Positions 9,024 to 18,046 of a DNA stretch of 64,000 bases are shown in pieces. Under the pieces are notes generated by a model that worked only from the letters and a program-made list of their open reading frames with translations, made no database searches and had not been told where the DNA came from. Within the stretch, counting starts at the first letter, position 1; every line of letters begins with the position of its first letter. The translations under genes and the position numbers were made by a program. Location: NCBI GenBank assembly GCA_964447605.1, contig CAYUTA010000009.1:1314-65313 (forward strand), given 5' to 3'. The DNA comes from an uncultured Oscillospiraceae bacterium (GTDB lineage: Bacteria > Bacillota > Clostridia > Christensenellales > CAG-138).

Positions 9024-10175
9024 CTACGCGCACCAGCGCGCCACCAGATCGCGCAGGTAATCGATCAGATCCGCGCATGGTACGGACTCGGCCACAAGCA
9101 GCGGAACCCGCAGCACCCGTTCCCCGTTGATCAACAGCGTGAGCGTGCCCGCTTCCATGCCCGCCTGAACCGGCGCGTTCAGCGTGTCCTTACAGTTCAG
9201 CTCCCACTCGATTTTATCATTGCCGCCGACGGCAAGCGGATAACGCACATCCTGCGCGGCATAGACCGGAAGATTCTTCCTTGTGCCGTTTTGTATGCCG
9301 ACCTCTGCCAGCGGCAGCGTTGCGTCGAGCAAAAGCCGGGGTTCAACCGCCCCAAACCCATAATCCAGCAACGCAATCGCATCGTCCCACATGTCGGGCG
9401 CATTGAGCACCGCGCCGACAAGCGTCATGCCGCCGCGTTCCGCCGAAAAGACAAGACAGCGGCCCGCGGCCTTGGTAAAGCCGGTCTTTACGCCGTTTCC
9501 GCCGTCATATTGCCACAGTATCCTGTTCTTGTTTTTAAATGTCCGGGCCCGGTCGCCCGTGGTGGTCTGATGATACGTGGTGCCGACAACCGTGCGGAAC
9601 GTTTCATTTTTCATGGCTTCGGCGGCGATTTTTGCGAGATCGAGCGCGGTGGTATAATGATTTCCATCCGGCAGGCCATTGGGGTTGACAAAGTGTGTGT
9701 TCACACAGCCGATCTCCTGCGCGCGCGCATTCATCAACCCGGCAAACGCCTCAATCCCGCCGCCGATATGCGTGGCGATGGTCACCGCCGCGTCGTTGCC
9801 GGAAACCAGCATCAGCCCGTACAGCAGGTCCCGCAGCGACATGCTTTCGTCATACGCCAGATACACTTTGGAACCCTCTGTGTCGACCGCTGCGTCCGGC
9901 ACATTCACCATTTCGTCGAGATTGCCATATTCCACGGCCAGCAACGCGGTCATAATTTTGGTTGTGCTGGCCATGTAGGCCTTCGACTGCGCGCCGTGCG
10001 TATAAATTACGCGTCCGGTCTGCGCTTCGATCAGCGCCGCGCAGGCGGCCGAGAGCTGCGGCACATCTCCCGAAAGCCCTTCATCCGCTTCGGGCGCGGC
10101 AAGCGCCCTCGCCGTCAGGCAGCAGGTCAGCAGCCAAGCCGCCAGCAGCGCGCCAAGCAGCCTGCGCCCGTTCAT
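9024..10175 (-). CDS. D-alanyl-D-alanine carboxypeptidase (peptidase S11, PBP5/DacB-like)
   Basis: 383 aa. Signal peptide, SxxK (ASTTK), SxN (VSGND), KTG (VKTGFT) and a PBP5 C-terminal domain. Confidence 0.9.
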   Translation of the reverse strand: MNGRRLLGALLAAWLLTCCLTARALAAPEADEGLSGDVPQLSAACAALIEAQTGRVIYTHGAQSKAYMASTTKIMTALLAVEYGNLDEMVNVPDAAVDTEGSKVYLAYDESMSLRDLLYGLMLVSGNDAAVTIATHIGGGIEAFAGLMNARAQEIGCVNTHFVNPNGLPDGNHYTTALDLAKIAAEAMKNETFRTVVGTTYHQTTTGDRARTFKNKNRILWQYDGGNGVKTGFTKAAGRCLVFSAERGGMTLVGAVLNAPDMWDDAIALLDYGFGAVEPRLLLDATLPLAEVGIQNGTRKNLPVYAAQDVRYPLAVGGNDKIEWELNCKDTLNAPVQAGMEAGTLTLLINGERVLRVPLLVAESVPCADLIDYLRDLVARWCA

Positions 10176-10591
10176 TGCGTTCTGCTGTCCCGTTTCATCG
10201 CGGCGAGCATCTGCCGGACTTCCGTGAGAATTCCCGGCAAAAGCGCGGTGATACGCGCATACGGCTCGTCTTCCTGTGCGGGCAGGACGCTCACGCGGTC
10301 GCCCGTGACCGCAAGAAACGATACGGGAACGACGCCCATGCCGGCGGCCAGCGTGCCGGCAAACGGATAGGCGCGGTTTTCCCCGTCCAGCGACGCGCCG
10401 CTTTTGAGCACAGGGTTCTTTGTGCCATACTCGCCGCCGCCGGATACGAACCCGAGCGTGACGCGCGATACGGGGATAATAAGCGTATTTTCGCCAACCT
10501 GTACGGGGCTGCCGACAATGGTGTTTACGTCAACCAGGTTCTTCAACTCTGAAACGGTCGACTGCATAATGGTCTCCAAGGGATGCGACAA
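10172..10591 (-). CDS. ytfJ: Sporulation protein YtfJ (GerW family)
   Basis: 139 aa. LKNLVDVNTIVGSPVQVGENTLIIPVSRVTLGFVSGGGEYG is the YtfJ/GerW signature. 4-nt overlap with the downstream carboxypeptidase gene. Confidence 0.85.
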   Translation of the reverse strand: MSHPLETIMQSTVSELKNLVDVNTIVGSPVQVGENTLIIPVSRVTLGFVSGGGEYGTKNPVLKSGASLDGENRAYPFAGTLAAGMGVVPVSFLAVTGDRVSVLPAQEDEPYARITALLPGILTEVRQMLAAMKRDSRTQ

Positions 10592-10592
10592 A

Positions 10593-11141
10593 TTATTTCA
10601 CGCCTTTCAACGCTATTCTTTCTTTGATAACTTTCACAAGACGCACGCTTACTATGCCTTCCAAATTTATCCGAAACACATTTTGATTCCAAATTGGAAC
10701 CGTTTGCACCTGCGTGCGTGTTTCAGGAATCAGCAGGGCGGCCGCTTCTTCGGCGGCGCTTGCCGCCGTGGCGCAAAGCAGCGCGGTCGCCGCCGGACAG
10801 CCCGCAATTCCAAGCGTAATTAACAGCATCAGTTTTTTGGCCCGCGCCGCATGGAGCACCGCCTGCGGCCATTTGGGCTTCTCGTTATCCTCCCGATCCA
10901 GCAGATGCGTCAATGAGCGCACCCCGCCGTCCTTATTCAAAAACTCAACGCTTAGCTGCGGATATTCCAGCCCGTGTATGCGGATAAGAAAACGCATGCT
11001 TAAAAATAGATAGCGGATCGTCAGCTCGCCCCGTCCGCCGCGTAGCGTCGCTGTTGCCGCCGCGTGCAGCCGAACCGGCACGAACAGCAGCGCCAGCAGC
11101 AGAATATATAAGCTTCCAAAAATAACAAAACTTCCCTGCAC
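10593..11141 (-). CDS. DUF2953 (YtfI-like) sporulation-associated protein
   Basis: 182 aa. N-terminal TM, then a repetitive beta-rich body. Conserved position immediately upstream of ytfJ. Confidence 0.65.
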   Translation of the reverse strand: MQGSFVIFGSLYILLLALLFVPVRLHAAATATLRGGRGELTIRYLFLSMRFLIRIHGLEYPQLSVEFLNKDGGVRSLTHLLDREDNEKPKWPQAVLHAARAKKLMLLITLGIAGCPAATALLCATAASAAEEAAALLIPETRTQVQTVPIWNQNVFRINLEGIVSVRLVKVIKERIALKGVK

Positions 11142-11186
11142 ACCGGCTAGTGTGCGCAGAGAAGCCCCGCTTATGCGGTTAATCCG

Positions 11187-11852
11187 CTATTTCAATTCGG
11201 AAGGCATATAGTTTTTCGCGTCCAGAATGTGCTCGCGCAGCAGTTCGCAGGCCCGTTCATACGCCCCCGCGCGACACGCGGCAAGAATCTGCTCGTGCTG
11301 CCGCAGCGAAACCTCGCGCGTTTCCGGCGCGCTGTAAAAGCCCGCGCGCATATAGCGGTCGGTATTGGCATGGATGATCTCCATAAGCAGGTTTGCAAAC
11401 GAGTTCTCAGCGTGTGCGGAAAACATACCGTGAAACTGATAATTCAGCTCCTCGCAGCTGAAAAGGTCCTTTGCCTCGCGCTGTTCGGCTATGATTGCGT
11501 CCAGTTTGGCGTAATCCGCCCCGGTCAGCAGCGGCGCGCCCTTCTTCAGCTCCATAACCGCGAGCGTGGCGCGTACCTCCATCATATCGAGCAGGTCGTC
11601 GCGCGTCAGCCGCGTGACCGAAGCGCCGCGGTTTGGATGGATTGTCACCAGCCCCTGGGCCTCAAGCCGGCGCAATGCCTCGCGCACCGGGATATGGCTA
11701 ACGTTGAGCGCGGCGGAAATCTCGTCCTGCTTGAGCTGGGTACCGCCGGGCAGTTGTCCGTTGATGATTCCACTGCGCAACACCTGAAAAACCCACTCCT
11801 GCGTTGCGCCCACGCGTGCGCCCATCTGCTCGGCTATGGCTTTGTAATTCAT
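11187..11852 (-). CDS. GntR-family transcriptional regulator (FCD ligand domain)
   Basis: Trimmed to MNYKAIAEQ... (AGAGGTG RBS). wHTH LKQDEISAALNVSHIPVREALRRLEAQGLV, plus a helical FCD-type C-terminal domain. Confidence 0.85.
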   Translation of the reverse strand: MNYKAIAEQMGARVGATQEWVFQVLRSGIINGQLPGGTQLKQDEISAALNVSHIPVREALRRLEAQGLVTIHPNRGASVTRLTRDDLLDMMEVRATLAVMELKKGAPLLTGADYAKLDAIIAEQREAKDLFSCEELNYQFHGMFSAHAENSFANLLMEIIHANTDRYMRAGFYSAPETREVSLRQHEQILAACRAGAYERACELLREHILDAKNYMPSELK

Positions 11853-12196
11853 AAACGCACCTCTTGTATCATCGATTTGTCGAACCGATGTGCATATAAT
11901 ATTTTCGTATATATTATATAACAGCAACCCTCGGGCGCGTCAATATTAATTTATTGCGTTGCAGTTCGTCAAAAAACCACGTTTTTTGACAAAAGCGCTT
12001 GGAACGCGGAGTTTTCTTGCAGGATTGCCGCGGCAATCCTGCAAGCGGCGTGTCGTTTTCACCGCACCTGCCGCTGAAAATGACAGATTGTCCAGTTCTT
12101 CCTGCGGTTACTTCGTGCGCGGATTAACACAGCAGCCCGCGTCGCACCTTTTAACACGCGGTTACGTGTCGGCGCTGCGCCGGCTGAAGGCGATAC

Positions 12197-12240
12197 GGCA
12201 ATCCGCCAAAAAACTGTTTTCGGCGGATTTGCCATTACAT
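12197..12240. repeat. REP-like hairpin module (GGCAATCCGCC ... GGCGGATTTGCC), related to 16206-16248
   Basis: The reverse complement aligns with 16206-16248 through TGTAAT..GCCGAAAACAGTT..TTTGGCGGATTGC. Lies directly after the PBP stop codon. Confidence 0.55.
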
Positions 12241-12243
12241 TGC

Positions 12244-14574
12244 TTAGGCTATCGTAACCGAAACCCGTCTCGACGCCTCGCCGGTCACAGGCTGGCCGTC
12301 AATGGTCAGCTGCGGGTGCACCGGGATTACGTAATACTGATAAGTGCCTTTTTTGGGAATCGTGTCGTCCTCTGTGGCCACGCTGCCGTTCTCGCCCGAA
12401 AACTCTTCGATTAACACGGATTTTCCCTCGCTGTTTTCCCGGTAGAGCCGGTAGGTGACATAGCGATTGGGCGTTTCAAAATAGATCAGCGCCGTTTTAT
12501 CGCTGACCGCAGAGGTGATATGCGTCGGCGGCGCGGGAATCTGCCAGTAGCTGGTCAGCATTCCCGGCTCCGTTCCCACAACGAACACCTCCGAATACGC
12601 TTCCTCCTCCGGCGTAAGCGCGTTGGCCAGCACCGCCACATGCTCGGCATTGAGCGTATGGCTGTCGATCCGGTATTCCCGCACGCCGGACGGCATGGTA
12701 AATTCCGGCGCCGCCCGGTCCTCATAGATTCTTTTGAACACCTGCGAAAGAATCATTGCGGGGAACGTGCCGCCGGTCGCGCTCTCCGGCAATGCGCGCC
12801 CATCCGCCGCGTCGTCGTAGCCAATCCAGACCGCTGCGGCATATTCGGGATTATAGGCCGCCATCCAGATATCGCGGTTGCCTGAATGATCGCCGGTTGT
12901 GCCCGTCTTGCCCGCCAGCGGAATGCCAAGCTCGCCCAGCCGTTTTCCGGTGCCGCTTTTAACCACGCTGCACAGCATGCTGGTGAGCACGTATGCGTTG
13001 GTCTGCTCCATCACGCGCGTGCGTTCGGGCGTGTAGCTGTAGAGTACGTTGCCCGCGCTGTCCGTAATGTTCATGATGACCGAAGACGTGCTGTATACGC
13101 CGCCCGCGGCGAACGCCGCGTATGCGCGCGCGATCATCTCCGGAGAAACGCCGTAGGTAAACCCGCCCAGCGCGAGCGCAAGGCTCTTATCCCGGTCGTC
13201 GAATTCGATGCCGATCGTTCTTGCAAACGCCTTACTCTTCGGTACCCCAAGCTGCGCCATGACCGACACCGCCGGCACGTTGAGCGAGCGCGTCACCGCC
13301 TCCCGCATCGTGACCCAGCCGGCGAACGAATCGCTGGGATTGTTCGGCTGATAGCCGTCAAAATCCACCTGCTCGTCAAGCAGCATCGTTGCCGCCGTGT
13401 AGCCGGATTCCAGCGCCGGTGCATAGACCAGAATGGGCTTGATAACCGAACCCGGCTGCCTTCGTATCTTTGTGGCGCGGTTATAAGCCAGCGCAATGTC
13501 ATTTTCCCGCCCGCCGAGCAGCGCCGCAATCCCCCCCGTTTCCACGTTCACAACCACGACCGCCCCCTCCGGCCGGCTATCCTGCACGCCCGCCGGAAAA
13601 CAGGCCTCATCGGCAAACGCCTCCTCGCACGCGGCCTGCACTTCGGCGTCCATCGCCGTATGAATCCTGTAGCCGCCGCTTAACAGCGTATCCATGCTCA
13701 CGTTGAGCAGTCCGCAAGCCTGCGTCATGGACAGGTCTACGTAATATCCGCGCTTCTCCGCACTTGTTCCGTGAATGATGACCGGCTCCTCCGCCTTTGC
13801 CGCAACGCACTCCTCCGCGCTTAAAAAGCCGTACTCCTCCATGAGCGAAAGCACGACGTTGCGGCGGCCAAGGCTCGCCTCCGCATCCAGGTGCGGCGCA
13901 AAACGAGACGGCGATTTGAGGATGCCCGCAAGCTGCGCGCTCTGCGCGACGGTCAACTCGCCTGCGTGCACGCCAAAATAGCCGCGCGCCGCCGCTTCCA
14001 CGCCGTAATAGCCGCCGCCAAAATAAACATAATTCAAATACATTTCAAGGATCTGCTCCTTGTTGCACACACGCTCAAGCTGGTAGGCCAGCACGGCCTC
14101 CTCAAGCTTGCGCTCCATGCGTTTGTCGGTCGTCAGATGGCTGAGTTTGATAAGCTGCTGGCTGATGGTGGAAGCGCCCTGCACATATGCGCCCGCCTTG
14201 AGGTCCGCCCATGCCGCGCCGAGAATGCGTACCACATCCACGCCGAAATGGTCATAGAAGCGCGCGTCCTCGGCAGAGATGAACGCGTCGCGCGTATGCT
14301 TGGGAATCTCGGCAAGGGGCAGCCAGATGCGGTCCTCAAGCGCATGCAGCGCCGTGATCTCGCGGCCGTCGTTATCATAGACCAGCAGCGACTGCGGCAC
14401 GCCGGTGATGTTGCTTACGTCAAGCCTGGACCACGCGTCCATTTCAAAGATTGCCGACGCGGCAAACGTCAGACCCGCCCCGCATAACAAAAGCAGCGCA
14501 AGCATGATCCGTCTGCGCCGCCTTTTTACGTGTTTACGGTATTGTTGCGCATAAGGCAGATATAATTCCTTCAT
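12244..14574 (-). CDS. Class A penicillin-binding protein (glycosyltransferase + transpeptidase, PBP1A type)
   Basis: 776 aa. N-terminal TM. GT51 motifs (EDARFYDHFGVD, GASTISQQLIK). Transpeptidase SxxK (GSVIKP) and KTG (GKTGTT). Extra C-terminal beta-rich domain. Confidence 0.9.
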   Translation of the reverse strand: MKELYLPYAQQYRKHVKRRRRRIMLALLLLCGAGLTFAASAIFEMDAWSRLDVSNITGVPQSLLVYDNDGREITALHALEDRIWLPLAEIPKHTRDAFISAEDARFYDHFGVDVVRILGAAWADLKAGAYVQGASTISQQLIKLSHLTTDKRMERKLEEAVLAYQLERVCNKEQILEMYLNYVYFGGGYYGVEAAARGYFGVHAGELTVAQSAQLAGILKSPSRFAPHLDAEASLGRRNVVLSLMEEYGFLSAEECVAAKAEEPVIIHGTSAEKRGYYVDLSMTQACGLLNVSMDTLLSGGYRIHTAMDAEVQAACEEAFADEACFPAGVQDSRPEGAVVVVNVETGGIAALLGGRENDIALAYNRATKIRRQPGSVIKPILVYAPALESGYTAATMLLDEQVDFDGYQPNNPSDSFAGWVTMREAVTRSLNVPAVSVMAQLGVPKSKAFARTIGIEFDDRDKSLALALGGFTYGVSPEMIARAYAAFAAGGVYSTSSVIMNITDSAGNVLYSYTPERTRVMEQTNAYVLTSMLCSVVKSGTGKRLGELGIPLAGKTGTTGDHSGNRDIWMAAYNPEYAAAVWIGYDDAADGRALPESATGGTFPAMILSQVFKRIYEDRAAPEFTMPSGVREYRIDSHTLNAEHVAVLANALTPEEEAYSEVFVVGTEPGMLTSYWQIPAPPTHITSAVSDKTALIYFETPNRYVTYRLYRENSEGKSVLIEEFSGENGSVATEDDTIPKKGTYQYYVIPVHPQLTIDGQPVTGEASRRVSVTIA

Positions 14575-14653
14575 AGGAAATAGATTGCCTGTACGCCAAA
14601 TGATTTATGCACAGACGCCGGGCGCAATCCGCGCGCATTCACGCGTCCGCCGC

Positions 14654-16162
14654 TTACAGAACGGTCTTGAGCTTGTCCGTATCCAGTTTTTGATACCGAT
14701 TCAAAAACTCATATAGCTGCGCGGCGATTTTTTTGACCCCGCCCGGGCTGTTGCTTTCAATATTGAGCGGCATCAGCGGGTCGTGCAGCGACATGCGCAG
14801 CAGGAACCAGCCGTCGCCGGCATCCGCCGGGAAGGATACGCGTATGCCTTCGTAATTGGGCGTTTCCACAGCAAAGCCCCGCTGCTTGCAGTATTCGTTC
14901 AGATCCGCGAGCACGCCGTTGCCATATGTGGTGAAATCCTTCGTTAGAAGATTCATCCGCACCTCGACCGACTCGGCGGGCTCGGCAAGCGCATCAATCA
15001 GCGACAGCAGCGTGCGGTTTTCGCGCCGAAGCTGCGCCATCTTAATCAGCAGTCTGGTGATCAGGTATGCGCCGTCGTCAAGAAAATAATTTTCTTTCAG
15101 CGCGCCGTGGCCGGAGGTCTCGATGGCAAGCCGGCAGTCCGTTCCCTCCGCATTGAGGCGGATCGCCTCGTTGATGACGTTGCGGTAACCGCGCCTGAAG
15201 CGGTGGTGCACGCCGCCCTTCTCCAAAATAAACGCGCTCAAACCGGACGAGGTGATCGAGTCGGTAACAATGGTTGTGCCCGGATGCTCCTCCAGCAACG
15301 CCGCGGCCACCAGCGCGATCAGCCGGTTGCGATTGAGCTCCGTGCCGTTACCCGCCACCGCGCCCGCGCGGTCAACGTCGGTATCAAAAATGACGCCCAG
15401 GTCGGCTCTGTTTTTCCGCACGCATTCCTGCAGCGCGTCCATGGCCGCCGTATCCTCCGGATTGGGCGCGTGGTTTGGAAAGCTGCCGTCGGGCTCCAAA
15501 AACTGGCTCCCCGTGGTGTCTGCGCCAAGCGGATTGAGCACGCGGTCGACGAAGAACCCGCCTGCGCCGTTGCCCGCGTCCACAACGATGTGGAACCCCT
15601 TAAGCGGGCGTTCATAATCCGGAGCGTTCACGCCCTTGCGGATCGTTTCAACCAGCCCCTTTGCATACAGGGACAAAAAATCAAGCGTATCCGCGACGCC
15701 CGGCTCCGCGGCCGGTAGAAACCCGCCCTGCGCGGCAAGGGTCAGGATTTCTTCGATATCCTGCTTTTCCAAGCCGCCCCGGGCCGTAAAAAATTTCAGT
15801 CCGTTGCGGTTTTTAGGCAGATGGCTGGCCGTAAGCATCACCGCGCCGTCAAAACCGTATCCCGGCGTTACCGTGCACATGAACATCGACGGCGTGCTGG
15901 CCAGCCCGAATCCCGTTACGTCCGCGCCAAGCAGCGTTGCGCCGGTGGTAAACGCCCTTTGCAGCCGCTCGCCGGAAAGGCGGGAATCCCGCCCGAGCGC
16001 AAGGTGCAGCCGCTGCTTATGCAGCCTGTTTTGCAGGTAGACGACAAATGCCGACGCGATGTTTTGCACCGCTTCGCCGGTCAGGTTGATAGGCTGGTCC
16101 TCTGCGCCCGCCATTGCCACGCCGCGAATATCGCTTCCGTTTTGCAGTTTTTTGTAATCCAT
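14654..16162 (-). CDS. Phosphoglucomutase/phosphomannomutase (alpha-D-phosphohexomutase)
   Basis: Trimmed to MDYKKLQNGSDIRGVA.... Active-site loop MLTASHLP, metal loop FDTDVDRAG, sugar loop ETSGHG. Confidence 0.88.
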   Translation of the reverse strand: MDYKKLQNGSDIRGVAMAGAEDQPINLTGEAVQNIASAFVVYLQNRLHKQRLHLALGRDSRLSGERLQRAFTTGATLLGADVTGFGLASTPSMFMCTVTPGYGFDGAVMLTASHLPKNRNGLKFFTARGGLEKQDIEEILTLAAQGGFLPAAEPGVADTLDFLSLYAKGLVETIRKGVNAPDYERPLKGFHIVVDAGNGAGGFFVDRVLNPLGADTTGSQFLEPDGSFPNHAPNPEDTAAMDALQECVRKNRADLGVIFDTDVDRAGAVAGNGTELNRNRLIALVAAALLEEHPGTTIVTDSITSSGLSAFILEKGGVHHRFRRGYRNVINEAIRLNAEGTDCRLAIETSGHGALKENYFLDDGAYLITRLLIKMAQLRRENRTLLSLIDALAEPAESVEVRMNLLTKDFTTYGNGVLADLNEYCKQRGFAVETPNYEGIRVSFPADAGDGWFLLRMSLHDPLMPLNIESNSPGGVKKIAAQLYEFLNRYQKLDTDKLKTVL

Positions 16163-16205
16163 TGTCCCGCCCCGCTTTCTTTTGTTTTTGCCTGTGCCTA
16201 AACAG

Positions 16206-16248
16206 TGTAATCCGAACCTGCCGAAAACAGTTCGCTTTGGCGGATTGC
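16206..16248. repeat. REP-like module, second copy (see 12197-12240)
   Basis: TGTAATCCGAACCTGCCGAAAACAGTTCGCTTTGGCGGATTGC. Shares about 35 of 45 positions with the reverse complement of 12197-12240. Confidence 0.5.
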
Positions 16249-16290
16249 TGTGAGCATCACCCGTCGGCATAGCGCCCTGTGACGCGCCTT

Positions 16291-16345
16291 TAAAAACCGG
16301 GTTTGGATTGCTCGGGCGGCCCTGGCCGCAGCCCAAACCCGCCGG
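16291..16345 (-). terminator. Probable terminator of the 16417-17070 gene
   Basis: Minus strand: CCGGCGGGTTTGG...(inner GGGC/GCCC stem)...CCAAACCCGG followed by TTTTTA. Confidence 0.55.
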
Positions 16346-16416
16346 ATGCATTGGTTCTCCGGGCGATCGCCGCGCGCAGGCCGGCGGCGCAACACGCCCT
16401 GTTTACGGCGCGTTGT

Positions 16417-17070
16417 TTACGGTTCTATTTTCGCATTCGGCACGGCGTTTGTCAATCGAAGCAGCGCATGCCAGTCGACGTTGCGCATCCTTCCCGTCAC
16501 AGGCAGCGCGGTCTTTGCCTGCAGCCGCCGCACGCCGCGCTCGGTCTGCGCGCAATAGCGCCCCGTCAGCGCGCCGGAGAAAAGCCCGGCTCCAAGCAGC
16601 GCCGATTGCAGCACAAATACGTATACCCCCACGTCCCCGGCAAACAGCTCCGGCAAATCGCGCGCCATTGCCACGCGGATTGACAGCCCCGAGAGATAGG
16701 GCGGCGACACATGCAAAAACAGACCGGATTGCATGGCGGCATAATATAGCTCGGCACGGCGGTCGGGCGGAAGCCTGCGGCCAATTTCAAACGCCAGCCC
16801 CGCAAAGTGCTGCGCGTCCGCCATATGCGCGCACCGTCCTGTCGTGCGGAACGCAACGTCTACCGAAAACGGCTCGCCAAAGCTCTCGCACAGCGCGTCA
16901 AGCGCATCAAGCGCCGCCCGATGCGTCCAGGCAATATCCGTATTGGCGAGATAGAGGAAATCGGACACGCGCAGCGGCAGACGGCGCATGCCCGGCATGA
17001 GTGCGTCCTCCTGCGGCATGTACAGGCAGAACGCGTGCCTTTGCGGCTCATAAATATAAAGTTGCGCCAA
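16417..17070 (-). CDS. Hypothetical protein with a C-terminal peptidoglycan-binding (PG_binding_1-like) domain
   Basis: 217 aa, TTG start with a G-rich RBS. C-terminus GDVGVYVFVLQSALLGAGLFSGALTGRYCAQTERGVRRLQAKTALPVTGRMRNVDWHALL fits the PGB repeat pattern. N-terminal domain unassigned. Confidence 0.5.
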   Translation of the reverse strand: MAQLYIYEPQRHAFCLYMPQEDALMPGMRRLPLRVSDFLYLANTDIAWTHRAALDALDALCESFGEPFSVDVAFRTTGRCAHMADAQHFAGLAFEIGRRLPPDRRAELYYAAMQSGLFLHVSPPYLSGLSIRVAMARDLPELFAGDVGVYVFVLQSALLGAGLFSGALTGRYCAQTERGVRRLQAKTALPVTGRMRNVDWHALLRLTNAVPNAKIEP

Positions 17071-17099
17071 GTCATCCCCCCGTTATGCAGCGTCACATG

Positions 17100-17999
17100 T
17101 CATCCTATGTTGTTTGCATCGGGAAGTGTGCGCGCCTGACGCGTCAGCGCCGCGCTGCATGCGGCAATTGTGAAGCAAAGTCCGGCCAACATGCGGTAAT
17201 ACAGCGTATAGCGCGTTAAAAACGACGCGCCTATGAGTATGAACGCGGTAAACAGATATTTTTTTGCGCTTACGACGGCAAACGGAGAAAAGCGCAGCCG
17301 CTGTCTGCGCCGCTGCTTCCGGTAATTTTGTTGCTCAGCCTCGATAAACGCATATACGGCTTCCTGCGGGGGCGTCATGCCCGCTTTCGACGCGGCCTTC
17401 ATCAGCTCTTCCGGCTCGTGAAGCATGAGCATGCCGTTTGCACGCATGGCAAACTCGGTTGCCGACCGGTCAAACGCCGTGCAGGAAAATACGTGCAGCC
17501 TGCCATAACCGCGATGCGAGCGCACGAGGGAAAGCAGCGCGTCCGCATCCACCGGCAGCGCGCGCTGCAGCACAACGGCCTGTTCGCTCATCGGGCACAG
17601 CACGCCCGCCAGTCCGACAACGGTCTGCACGTCCGCAAGCAGAAGCCTGTCGCGCAGAAGTGTTTTGCGTATGCGCGCCGTTTCGCACCCGACAAAGCGG
17701 TTAAAGGCGATTTCACGTGCAAGCCGCAGTACGAGCATTGCAATGCCGAGCGCGATGGCCGCGAGCAAAAGGGCCGTACCGTGCTTTTCAAACTTCGGCG
17801 CAAAAAACAGGTATGCGCAGGCAAATACAATCAGCCGCAGCACAATGTAATCCACCACGCGCGCAAACGCGCTGCGTCCACCGCTGTATTTGCGGCGAAA
17901 GTACGCCTCGCACCGCCGCGCGCCGCGCGGCGTTTCCTCCTCCGCCTGCGCATTCCGGCGCGGCCCGAAGCCATATCTGCAATCCCCGTCATTTTTCAT
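17100..17999 (-). CDS. Hypothetical membrane protein
   Basis: 299 aa. Two TM pairs flank a soluble central domain. Divergent from nadD, with only 47 nt between the start codons. No family recognised. Confidence 0.4.
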   Translation of the reverse strand: MKNDGDCRYGFGPRRNAQAEEETPRGARRCEAYFRRKYSGGRSAFARVVDYIVLRLIVFACAYLFFAPKFEKHGTALLLAAIALGIAMLVLRLAREIAFNRFVGCETARIRKTLLRDRLLLADVQTVVGLAGVLCPMSEQAVVLQRALPVDADALLSLVRSHRGYGRLHVFSCTAFDRSATEFAMRANGMLMLHEPEELMKAASKAGMTPPQEAVYAFIEAEQQNYRKQRRRQRLRFSPFAVVSAKKYLFTAFILIGASFLTRYTLYYRMLAGLCFTIAACSAALTRQARTLPDANNIG

Positions 18000-18046
18000 A
18001 CAGAAAGCATTTCCATTTCACCCGCAACTATACTATAATATCTATT

